A stretch of 24,000 nt of DNA from Citrobacter amalonaticus Y19 (GTDB lineage Bacteria; Pseudomonadota; Gammaproteobacteria; Enterobacterales; Enterobacteriaceae), in contig NZ_CP011132.1 of NCBI RefSeq assembly GCF_000981805.1, forward strand, positions 5,224,805-5,248,804, in the 5' to 3' direction. Positions 7,171 to 14,298 of the stretch are shown piece by piece. Made by a program: the position numbers and the translations under genes. Positions within the stretch are counted from its first letter, which is position 1. Every line of letters begins with the position of its first letter. Under the pieces are notes generated by a model. That model saw only the letters and a list, made by a program, of their open reading frames with translations. It made no database searches and was not told the origin of the DNA.

Positions 7171-7205
7171 ATGTAATGCAGATGTAATGCTATAATGCAT
7201 TACAT
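7171..7205 (+). promoter_or_regulatory. relBE-type promoter/operator: repeated ATGTAATGC motifs and a 9-bp perfect inverted repeat flanking a TATAAT -10 box
   Basis: ATGTAATGC occurs at 7171-7179 and 7182-7190, TATAAT at 7191-7196, and GCATTACAT (the reverse complement) at 7197-7205. This sits 23 nt upstream of the antitoxin ATG. Confidence 0.6.
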
Positions 7206-7227
7206 TTCTTTTTTCTCTGGAGGCATA

Positions 7228-7470
7228 ATGGCCACACTTAACGTCCGTCTGGATGACAAACTCAAAAACGAGGCGTATGCCGTGCTGGAAAAACTCAATA
7301 TTACGCCTACTGAAGCGGTAAGACTGCTGTTTCAGTATGTGGCTGAAAATGGACGCATGCCGATAAAGACACTCACTGTCAGTGATAGCGAAGAAGCGTT
7401 ATTGCGTACTGTCAGGGAGCGACTGGCCGATCCGCAAGAGGCCATTAAGGTCAGACTGGATGCGCTATGA
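7228..7470 (+). CDS. relB: RelB-family antitoxin (ribbon-helix-helix), 80 aa
   Basis: MATLNVRLDDKLKNEAYAVLEKLNITPTEAVRLLFQYVAENGRMP... aligns along its length with E. coli RelB (MGSINLRIDDELKARSYAALEKMGVTPSEALRLMLEYIADNERLP...). SD GGAGG lies 6 nt upstream of the ATG at 7228. The tracked ORF start at 7195 has no SD. Confidence 0.85.
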   Translation: MATLNVRLDDKLKNEAYAVLEKLNITPTEAVRLLFQYVAENGRMPIKTLTVSDSEEALLRTVRERLADPQEAIKVRLDAL

Positions 7471-7751
7471 ACTGGCGTTTGATCCGCGAGCGCTGAAGGA
7501 ATGGCAAAAGTTGGGTGAAACGGTGAAAAACCAGTTCAGGAAGAAACTGGCTGAGGTGCTTTTACATCCACGGCTCCCCTCCGCCCGGCTTCATGACTTT
7601 CCTGATTGCTACAAGATAAAACTCAAGGCGTCAGGCTTCAGGCTGGTTTATCAGGTGAAGGACGCACAGATTCTGGTATTGGTGATTGCGATCGGTAATC
7701 GGTAAACGGGAAAAATCGGCCGTTTATCAGGAAGCTGACAAACGGCTTTGA
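7460..7751 (+). pseudogene. relE: RelE/StbE-family mRNA-interferase toxin, frameshifted by a 7-bp tandem duplication. The ORF as written stops at 7705 (81 aa); the intact reading would end at 7751 (94 aa).
   Basis: MRYELAFDPRALKEWQKLGETVKNQFRKKLAEVL...PDCYKIKLKASGFRLVYQV matches E. coli RelE. Its ATG overlaps the antitoxin stop by 11 nt. The +1 frame after 7701 reads GKREKSAVYQEADKRL*, which matches the RelE C-terminus GKRERSEVYSEAVKRIL. Confidence 0.8.
7691..7704 (+). repeat. Perfect 7-bp tandem duplication ATCGGTA-ATCGGTA inside the relE-like gene
   Basis: Read directly: gcg ATCGGTA ATCGGTA aacggg. Deleting one copy restores ...VIAIGKREKSAVYQEADKRL*. Confidence 0.9.
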
Positions 7752-7759
7752 CGGGGACG

Positions 7760-8224
7760 TTACCGCAAATGGTGCACAACCTGGTTGCTGCTGCCGCGCC
7801 AGATCAGCGCCGGGTCTTTCAGATCCTGCACATACTTACCGTCGACCAGCACGTTGATGAGATCCACAACCTGCATTTGCGCGGCATTGAGTTCATCTAG
7901 CTTATAGCCGGTCCACACCCAGATATCTTTGCCCGCACATTCAGCGTGAATGCGTTGCACCAGTTTCAGAATATCCGGTACGTTCTGCGGATGAAGCGGA
8001 TCGCCGCCGGAAAGGGAGATCCCCTGGCGGTGGATCCGTGTATCGTTCAGATCGTTAATGATCTGGTCTTCCATTTCTTTCGTGAACGGTTGGCCTGAAT
8101 TGAGTCGCCAGGTGCTTTTGTTGTAGCAGCCAGGACATTCGTGCACGCACCCTGAAACAAACAGGGTGCAGCGAGTTCCGGGGCCATTAACGATGTCGAC
8201 AGGATAATATTGATGGTAATTCAT
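7760..8224 (-). CDS. nrdG: Anaerobic ribonucleoside-triphosphate reductase activating protein (radical SAM), 154 aa
   Basis: MNYHQYYPVDIVNGPGTRCTLFVSGCVHECPGCYNKSTW... is near-identical to E. coli NrdG. The start is taken at the Met preceded by AGGAAAA, not at the 5-codon longer ORF start. Confidence 0.95.
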   Translation of the reverse strand: MNYHQYYPVDIVNGPGTRCTLFVSGCVHECPGCYNKSTWRLNSGQPFTKEMEDQIINDLNDTRIHRQGISLSGGDPLHPQNVPDILKLVQRIHAECAGKDIWVWTGYKLDELNAAQMQVVDLINVLVDGKYVQDLKDPALIWRGSSNQVVHHLR

Positions 8225-8239
8225 TTTTCCTCGTTGCAT

Positions 8240-8346
8240 TTGGCGCTGTAGCGGTGCTGGCCGCTCTCACTCTCCCGGGTCACTTACTTATGTAAGCTCC
8301 CCTGGATTCGTTCGTTTGCCGCCTTGCTACAACACCAACTGCTTAG
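8240..8346. repeat. ERIC (IRU) enterobacterial repetitive intergenic consensus element
   Basis: Contains ATGTAAGCTCCCCTGGATTCG (compare ERIC1R primer ATGTAAGCTCCTGGGGATTCAC) and CGCTCTCACTCTCCCGGGTCACTTACTT (compare the reverse complement of ERIC2, CGCTCACCCCAGTCACTTACTT). Confidence 0.8.
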
Positions 8347-8384
8347 AGGAAAACCACGACATTGGAACTATAGCGAGCGGTAGT

Positions 8385-8465
8385 AGGCCGGATAAGGTGC
8401 TTGCACCGCCATCCGGCAACATTGTGATACCTGATGGCGACGCGATTGCGTCTTATCAGGCCTAC
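8385..8465. repeat. Two REP (palindromic unit) elements forming a BIME-like pair
   Basis: AGGCCGGATAAGGTGCTTGCACCGCCATCCGGCA (8385-8418) and ACCTGATGGCGACGCGATTGCGTCTTATCAGGCCTAC (8429-8465). Both are imperfect palindromes with the classic GCCGGATAAGG / CTTATCAGGCCTAC REP signatures. Confidence 0.85.
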
Positions 8466-8483
8466 GGCCTTTGCAAACGAAAA

Positions 8484-10622
8484 TTACCCGATCTGTCCAT
8501 TTCCTAAATGCTTAACGCGACGCTTCACTTCTTCCTGTTTACCGGCGTTAAACGGACGCGCGTCCGGGCTACCTAAATAACCACATACGCGGCGGGTAAC
8601 CGACACGCGTGCGGCGTCGTGGTTACCGCACTTCGGACAGGTGAAGCCTTTACTGGTGCACTCGAACTCGCCGGTAAAGCCGCACTCGTAGCATTCATCG
8701 ATTGGTGTGTTGGTGCCGTAATACGGCACATGCTGATAGCTGTAATCCCAGACGTCTTCCAGCGCTTTCAGGTTGTGCTGGATGTTCGGGTACTCGCCGT
8801 AGCAAATGAAGCCACCGCTCGCCAGCGGCGGGTAAGGCGCTTCGAAATCGATTTTGTCGTACGGATTCACCTTCTTCTCTACGTCGAGGTGGAAACTGTT
8901 GGTGTAGTAGCCTTTATCGGTGACGCCCGGCACAACGCCAAACTCGGCGGTATCCAGACGGCAGAAGCGGTCACACAGGTTTTCACTCGGCGTGCTGTAC
9001 AGGCTGAAACCGTAGCCCGTCTCTTCCTTCCACTTATCGACGGCCTGACGCAGATGCTCAACAATGGCAACAGCTTTCGCGCGCAGTACGTCGCTGTCAT
9101 ACAGATGCGTATCGCCAAACAGGGCGTTGATGGTTTCGTGGATACCGATGTAGCCTAGTGAAATCGATGCGCGACCGTTTTTAAAGATTTCCGCAATGTC
9201 ATCATCGGCTTTCAGACGTACGCCACAGGCCCCTTCCATATACAGGATCGGTGCGACGCGGGCTTTAACGCCTTCCAGACGGGCGATACGGGTCATCAGC
9301 GCTTTACGCGCCAGCGTCAAACGATCGTCCAGCAACTTCCAGAACGTCTGCTCATCACCACCCGCTTCCAGTGCGATTCGCGGCAGGTTGAGGCTGATCA
9401 CGCCGAGGTTATTACGCCCATCGTGAACCTGTTCGCCCTTTTCGTTTTCCCACACGCCGAGGAAGCTGCGGCAGCCCATCGGGGTTTTGAACGAACCGGT
9501 GACTTTCACCACCTGATCGTAGTTCAGGATGTCCGGATACATACGTTTGCTGGCACACTCCAGCGCCAGTTGTTTGATGTCGTAGTTCGGGTCGCCAAAC
9601 TTGTGGTTCAGGCCGTCACGAATTGCAAACACCAGTTTCGGGAACACGGCGGTTTTGCGATTTTTACCCAGACCAGCGATACGGTTACGCAGAATGGACT
9701 GCTGAATCAGGCGCGATTCCCAACTGGTGCCCAGACCGAAACCAAAGGTGACGAACGGCGTCTGGCCGTTGGCGGTATGCAGCGTATTGACCTCATACTC
9801 CAGAGACTGGAATGCGTCGTAGCACTCTTTCTCGGTACGGGAATGCGCGTAGCCGTCGGCATCCGGAATTTGCCACTCTTCCGCCGTTTTACGGTGCTTT
9901 TTGAAGCTGGCGGTCACGAACGGCGCGAGCACTTCATCAATACGGTTAATGGTGGTGCCGCCGTAAATATGGCTGGCAACCTGAGCGATGATTTGCGCGG
10001 TCACGGCGGTGGCGGTAGAGATCGATTTTGGCGGTTCGATCTCCGCATTCCCCATCTTAAAGCCCTGCGTCAGCATCCCTTTCAGATCGATCAACATACA
10101 GTTGAACATCGGGAAGAACGGGGAATAGTCGAGATCGTGATAGTGAATGTCACCGCGCTCGTGCGCCTGCACCACATCACGCGGCAGCAGATGCTGACGA
10201 GCGTAGTGTTTGGCCACGATACCGGCCAGCAGGTCGCGCTGGGTCGGGATGACTTTACTGTCTTTGTTGGCGTTCTCATTGAGCAACGCAGAGTTGGTTT
10301 GCTCCACCAGGCCGCGAATTTCCTGGTTCAGGCGACCGCGTTTCTCACGCTGAATATCACGGTCATGACGATATTCAATGTAGGCGCGCGCGAGTTGCTT
10401 GTAAGGACCCGACATCAGTTGGTTCTCAACCGCGGTCTGGATCTCATTAATATCGACCTGGCTACGCGCATCCATCTGGCTGCTTACGACTTCTGCGACG
10501 GTGGCGCAGTAATCTGCGTCATCGACTCCCGCTGCTTTAGCTGCACGCAGAATGGCTTCTTTGATGCGCTCTGATTTAAACGGCACTTTACAGCCATCTC
10601 GTTTCATCACATGCGGTGTCAT
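8484..10622 (-). CDS. nrdD: Anaerobic (class III) ribonucleoside-triphosphate reductase, 712 aa
   Basis: MTPHVMKRDGCKVPFKSERIKEAILRAAK... through the C-terminal glycyl-radical region ...RVCGYLGSP... is near-identical to E. coli NrdD. The ATG at 10622 follows GGAG with 6-nt spacing. The tracked ORF adds 2 codons from a GTG. Confidence 0.95.
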   Translation of the reverse strand: MTPHVMKRDGCKVPFKSERIKEAILRAAKAAGVDDADYCATVAEVVSSQMDARSQVDINEIQTAVENQLMSGPYKQLARAYIEYRHDRDIQREKRGRLNQEIRGLVEQTNSALLNENANKDSKVIPTQRDLLAGIVAKHYARQHLLPRDVVQAHERGDIHYHDLDYSPFFPMFNCMLIDLKGMLTQGFKMGNAEIEPPKSISTATAVTAQIIAQVASHIYGGTTINRIDEVLAPFVTASFKKHRKTAEEWQIPDADGYAHSRTEKECYDAFQSLEYEVNTLHTANGQTPFVTFGFGLGTSWESRLIQQSILRNRIAGLGKNRKTAVFPKLVFAIRDGLNHKFGDPNYDIKQLALECASKRMYPDILNYDQVVKVTGSFKTPMGCRSFLGVWENEKGEQVHDGRNNLGVISLNLPRIALEAGGDEQTFWKLLDDRLTLARKALMTRIARLEGVKARVAPILYMEGACGVRLKADDDIAEIFKNGRASISLGYIGIHETINALFGDTHLYDSDVLRAKAVAIVEHLRQAVDKWKEETGYGFSLYSTPSENLCDRFCRLDTAEFGVVPGVTDKGYYTNSFHLDVEKKVNPYDKIDFEAPYPPLASGGFICYGEYPNIQHNLKALEDVWDYSYQHVPYYGTNTPIDECYECGFTGEFECTSKGFTCPKCGNHDAARVSVTRRVCGYLGSPDARPFNAGKQEEVKRRVKHLGNGQIG

Positions 10623-10649
10623 GATCACTCCATAATTTGTAAGAACAGG

Positions 10650-10658
10650 TTATCCACA
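10650..10658 (+). promoter_or_regulatory. Perfect DnaA-box 9-mer TTATCCACA in the nrdD 5' leader
   Basis: Exact match to the high-affinity DnaA box consensus, 28 nt upstream of the nrdD ATG. Confidence 0.5.
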
Positions 10659-10727
10659 GAGGCTCGGGAAGCATTGATATGATTATTCATCTCTCTATCC
10701 AATCACTTCCCGCAATCCAGTCCCATG

Positions 10728-10736
10728 TTATCCACA
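10728..10736 (+). promoter_or_regulatory. Second perfect DnaA-box 9-mer TTATCCACA, same orientation, 78 bp from the first
   Basis: Exact 9/9 match. A 7/9 inverted copy (TGTGGACAT, 10750-10758) follows, giving TCCACA...TGTGGA dyad symmetry. Confidence 0.5.
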
Positions 10737-10785
10737 ATGTCACCCTGACTGTGGACATCATCGTTGTTGTAAATGTAGTTGATTA

Positions 10786-10873
10786 ATACAACATGTTGGG
10801 GCGGATTGCATTCTAAGTTCTATATATAGTGATTTGCATCAAAAGTGTTTGCGATTTTTTTGATATAGCGCAA
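10786..10873 (-). promoter_or_regulatory. nrdDG promoter region: two NrdR boxes, a -10 hexamer and two FNR-type sites
   Basis: - NrdR-box-like palindromes: ATACAACATGTTGGGG (10786-10801) and GTTCTATATATAGTGA (10817-10832), centres 31 bp apart.
- -10 TAGAAT on the minus strand (10810-10815).
- FNR-like sites: GTGAT-TTGC-ATCAA (10829-10842) and TTGAT-ATAG-CGCAA (10860-10873), centres 31 bp apart. This fits the -33.5/-64.5 layout I recall for E. coli nrdDG. Confidence 0.55.
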
Positions 10874-10986
10874 GGTAAAAAGCAGAGCGTACAGTTGGCG
10901 CGCGTTATAGCGATTGTAAATTGTGATAGAGAAAAATCTGATTATTTATTCAGCAAAAACAGTTAGCTAAGGCAAACCAGGAATTC

Positions 10987-11014
10987 TGCCCGGAAAGACG
11001 TCCTTCTCCGGGCA
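10987..11014 (-). terminator. Possible treC terminator hairpin
   Basis: TGCCCGGA-(12 nt)-TCCGGGCA, an 8-bp stem located 17 nt past the treC stop. The downstream U-tract is weak, so efficiency is uncertain. Confidence 0.35.
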
Positions 11015-11030
11015 TGAGGGGGTCAGCCGG

Positions 11031-12686
11031 TTACTTCTGAAGCCACCAGATGGCTTCGAAAGGACGCAGCGTCATTGCCGTCGGCTGTGGTGAAACTTCA
11101 TCATAGTTGTGCATCAGTACCTGCCAGCTACCCCGGCACGATTCCGGTCGCCAGGCCTGACATTCACCGCTCAGGTTGGCAATGACCAGCAGCGTTTGCC
11201 CCTGCCATTCGCGGCGATAGCACCAGAGATACGGGCTGTCCGGCAACAGATCCTGATAGTCGCCCCAGGCGAGTACCGGTTCAGATTTGCGTAACGCAAT
11301 CAGCCGTTGGTAGGTGTAAAACACTGACGCGTTATCGCCGAGCGCGCGCTCCACGTTGATGTCCGCGTAGTTATCGCACAGAGGGATCCACGGTTCGCCC
11401 TGGCTGAAACCTGCGTTTTTTCGGCCATCCCATTGCATTGGCGTACGACTGTTGTCGCGGGATTTACTGGCCAGGATTGCCAGAAGCTCATTGGCATCAC
11501 GACCTTCAGCCCGCAACTCAGCGAACATGTTATGGCTTTCCACATCACGGTAGTCGGTGATTCGGGTGAAGTGCGGATTGGTCATGCCGATCTCTTCACC
11601 CTGGTAGATATACGGCGTCCCCTGCATGCCGTGCAGCACCATCGCCAGCATTTTTGCCGCTGGCACCCGATATTCACCTTCGTCGCCGAAACGTGACACG
11701 ATGCGCGGCTGATCGTGGTTACACCAGAACAGCGCATTCCATGCGACGTTATGCATCCCTTGCTGCCAGTGGCGGAACAGGGTTTTCAACGCGACAAAAT
11801 CGGGCTTCGCCAGTGTCCATTTCTCTCCATCAGGATAATCAACCTTCAGGTGATGAAAATTGAAGGTCATCGACAGTTCGCTACCGTCCAGCGCGGCATA
11901 GCGCTGGCAATGTTCCAGCGTGGTGGAGGACATCTCGCCGACCGTCATCAGCTTGCGCGGCGTAAAGACGTCACGGTTCATCTCATGCAGAAATTCATGC
12001 GCCCGCGGCCCATCGGTGTAAAAGCGGCGACCGTCTCCGTCAAGGTCGTTGGGGAAGCTCTGATCTTTAGAAATCAGATTGACGACGTCCAGGCGCAGGC
12101 CATCCACGCCGCGATCGGCCCAGAATTCGCAGACTTTTTTCAGCTCGGCGCGAACGGCAGGGTTTTCCCAGTTCAGGTCCGCCTGTTCCGGGGCGAAGAG
12201 GTGCAGGTAATACTGTTCGCTCTGCGCATGCCATTGCCAGGCGTTGCCGCCAAACTTAGAACGCCAGTTGTTGGGGAGCGTATCGGGCGTGCCGTCGCGC
12301 CAGATGTAAAACTCGCGATACGGGCTGTCCTTGTCGAGCGCCTCACGAAACCAGGCGTGCTGCGTGGAGGTGTGATTAAACACCATATCGAGAATGATGC
12401 GGATACCGCGCGCTTTTGCCTGGGCGACCAGTTCGTCGAAATCATCCAGCGTACCGTAGGCGGGATCGATTGCCGTGTAGTTGGCGACATCGTAGCCATT
12501 ATCCACCTGCGGCGAGATATAGAACGGCGTCAGCCAGATGGCATCCACGCCCAGTTTATGCAGATAGTCGAGGCGCTGGGTCACGCCACGTAAATCGCCA
12601 GTGCCGCTGCCGGTCGTATCCTGAAAGCTCCTGGGATAAATCTGGTAGATGACGCCGTTTTGCCACCAGTGGGGAAGGGTATTCAT
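11031..12686 (-). CDS. treC: Trehalose-6-phosphate hydrolase, 551 aa
   Basis: MNTLPHWWQNGVIYQIYPRSFQDTTGSGTGDLRGV... is near-identical to E. coli TreC (551 aa). The start is chosen at the ATG 6-7 nt after AGGAA. The tracked ORF extends 10 codons further without support. Confidence 0.95.
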   Translation of the reverse strand: MNTLPHWWQNGVIYQIYPRSFQDTTGSGTGDLRGVTQRLDYLHKLGVDAIWLTPFYISPQVDNGYDVANYTAIDPAYGTLDDFDELVAQAKARGIRIILDMVFNHTSTQHAWFREALDKDSPYREFYIWRDGTPDTLPNNWRSKFGGNAWQWHAQSEQYYLHLFAPEQADLNWENPAVRAELKKVCEFWADRGVDGLRLDVVNLISKDQSFPNDLDGDGRRFYTDGPRAHEFLHEMNRDVFTPRKLMTVGEMSSTTLEHCQRYAALDGSELSMTFNFHHLKVDYPDGEKWTLAKPDFVALKTLFRHWQQGMHNVAWNALFWCNHDQPRIVSRFGDEGEYRVPAAKMLAMVLHGMQGTPYIYQGEEIGMTNPHFTRITDYRDVESHNMFAELRAEGRDANELLAILASKSRDNSRTPMQWDGRKNAGFSQGEPWIPLCDNYADINVERALGDNASVFYTYQRLIALRKSEPVLAWGDYQDLLPDSPYLWCYRREWQGQTLLVIANLSGECQAWRPESCRGSWQVLMHNYDEVSPQPTAMTLRPFEAIWWLQK

Positions 12687-12733
12687 AGTCATTTCCTGGT
12701 TATGCGAGGGGCGCAAGTGCGCCCCGAATAAAA

Positions 12734-14155
12734 TCAGACAATCTGTAACGTGCCCTGACGGTATTTACGCTGGTAGACCACGGAGGTCAGCACGATCGGG
12801 ATGACAATGGCGATCGCCATCGCGACGGCGTAAACCTGCCAGTAAGTCGGTTGGATGGAGAGGATGCCCGGTAAGCCGCCGACGCCGATGCCGTTGGCCA
12901 TCACCCCGTACAGACCACAGAGCAGCCCGGCAAGGCCGGAGCCGATCATCGCGCAGAGCATCGGGAAGCGGTATTTCAGGTTGATACCGTACATTGCCGG
13001 CTCGGTGACCCCCAGATAGGCGGAGATCGCGGCAGGAACGGAGATCTCGCGTTCGTTCTGTTTACGGCTGGCGATAATAATGCCCACCACCGCAGAAGCC
13101 TGCGCGATGTTGGAAAGGGCAATCAGCGGCCATACCGGGGTTCCCCCCATGCTCTGGATCATCTGCATATCAATGGCGAGCGTGGTCTGATGCACGCCGG
13201 TAATCACCAACGGGGCGTACAGGAAGCCGAACAGCGCCGCGCCAATCGGGGCGAAGCTGCCGGTCATCAGATGGCGAACCGCAAACGCCACGCCGTCGCC
13301 AATCAAGCGGCCAAACGGGCCGATCAGCGCATGAGCGAGGAAGACCGCGAGGATCAATGAACAGACCGGCACCACAACGAGGTAGAGGTAATCCGGCACC
13401 ATGCGTTTCAGGCGCGTTTCAATCATGCCCAGCGCCAGACCGGCCAGCAGTGCCGGAATGACCTGTGCCTGATAGCCCACTTTCGCGATGGTGAACAGGC
13501 CGAAGTTCCACACCTCCGGTACCTGTTGCCCCAGCAGATACGCGTTCATCAACTGTGGCGATACCAGCGTGACGCCAAGCACGATGCCGAGGATCGGCGT
13601 GCCGCCCATTTTTTTCACCGCTGACCAGCAGATGCCCACCGGCAGATAGAAGAAGATGGCTTCGCCAATTAGCCACAGGAAGTCATAAATCGTTTTCAGC
13701 GCCGGATACATCTGCGCCAGCGTCTGGCCGTTGCTCATCGGCAGGTCGCCAATGACGTTACGAAAACCTAAAATCAAGCCCCCGCTGATCAGCGCCGGCA
13801 GCAGCGGGAAGAAGATTTCAGCGAAGTGGGAAATGAGCTGTTCATGCCATTTCATGTTCTGGCGAGCCGCTTTTTTCGCCTGCTCTTTATCGGCGTGCGC
13901 CTGTCCGGTGGTCGCCAGCAGCGCCTTGTAGTAATCGCCGACCTCGGTGCCAATCACCACCTGGAACTGACCGGCGTTGGTAAAGCAGCCTTTGACCATC
14001 GGCAACTCTTCGATTTCCTTCGGTCTGGCGTTTGCTGGCTGATTCAGCACAAAGCGCAGGCGCGTAATACAGTGACTCACTGTGGCGATATTCTCTCGCC
14101 CGCCTACCAGCGCTATCAGCCGGTCAATATCCGCTTGTTTAACTTTGCTCATCAT
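12734..14155 (-). CDS. treB: PTS trehalose-specific EIIBC component, 473 aa
   Basis: MMSKVKQADIDRLIALVGGRENIATVSHCITRLRFVLNQPANARPKEIE... contains the EIIB Cys motif (HCITRLR) and a polytopic EIIC domain. Near-identical to E. coli TreB. Confidence 0.95.
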   Translation of the reverse strand: MMSKVKQADIDRLIALVGGRENIATVSHCITRLRFVLNQPANARPKEIEELPMVKGCFTNAGQFQVVIGTEVGDYYKALLATTGQAHADKEQAKKAARQNMKWHEQLISHFAEIFFPLLPALISGGLILGFRNVIGDLPMSNGQTLAQMYPALKTIYDFLWLIGEAIFFYLPVGICWSAVKKMGGTPILGIVLGVTLVSPQLMNAYLLGQQVPEVWNFGLFTIAKVGYQAQVIPALLAGLALGMIETRLKRMVPDYLYLVVVPVCSLILAVFLAHALIGPFGRLIGDGVAFAVRHLMTGSFAPIGAALFGFLYAPLVITGVHQTTLAIDMQMIQSMGGTPVWPLIALSNIAQASAVVGIIIASRKQNEREISVPAAISAYLGVTEPAMYGINLKYRFPMLCAMIGSGLAGLLCGLYGVMANGIGVGGLPGILSIQPTYWQVYAVAMAIAIVIPIVLTSVVYQRKYRQGTLQIV

Positions 14156-14207
14156 GAAGCCTCGTGGCGATGACTGTGAAAAGGGGGTTGTTATGCGATG
14201 GGCTCAG

Positions 14208-14247
14208 AGTATATCCGGGATAAAAAATTAAAAATGGGAACGTTCCC
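14208..14247 (-). promoter_or_regulatory. treBC promoter region with a candidate TreR operator palindrome
   Basis: Perfect 12-bp palindrome GGGAACGTTCCC (14236-14247), typical of LacI-family operators, upstream of a minus-strand TATACT -10 candidate (14208-13). An adjacent TGTGATCTTCG gives only half a CRP site. Confidence 0.5.
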
Positions 14248-14298
14248 GAAACGCAGCGAAGATCACAAATTATCGTTCAGAAAGCGATCAGCAATGAT

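Noticed and set aside
7195-7227. N-terminal extensions offered by the ORF track: MHYISFFSGGIM- on the antitoxin, MIM- on NrdD, MQRGK- on NrdG, MRPSHNQEMT- on TreC, MPGRQEIN- on PyrB, and the 7382 start for the toxin
   Set aside because: In each case an internal Met has a properly spaced SD and matches the N-terminus of the known E. coli orthologue.
8316-8507. 63-aa ORF between nrdG and nrdD
   Set aside because: It lies entirely within ERIC/REP repeat DNA. The translation is an artefact of the palindromic repeats.
9423-10574. 383-aa plus-strand ORF and other ORFs (8619-9158, 9196-9426) opposite nrdD
   Set aside because: nrdD on the minus strand is near-identical to E. coli NrdD over 712 aa. 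The opposite-strand ORFs are shadows.
11715-12593. 292-aa plus-strand ORF opposite treC, and the similar 16361-17629 (opposite mgtA) and 20681-21433 (opposite the TRAP large permease)
   Set aside because: Same reasoning: the annotated strand encodes highly recognisable proteins, and the antisense products are Arg/His-rich with no motifs.
14255-14275. Full CRP site in the treB promoter (TGTGATCTTCGCTGCG on the minus strand)
   Set aside because: Only the left half-site matches, and the right half (CTGCG against TCACA) is poor. I mention it under the promoter feature but do not call it.
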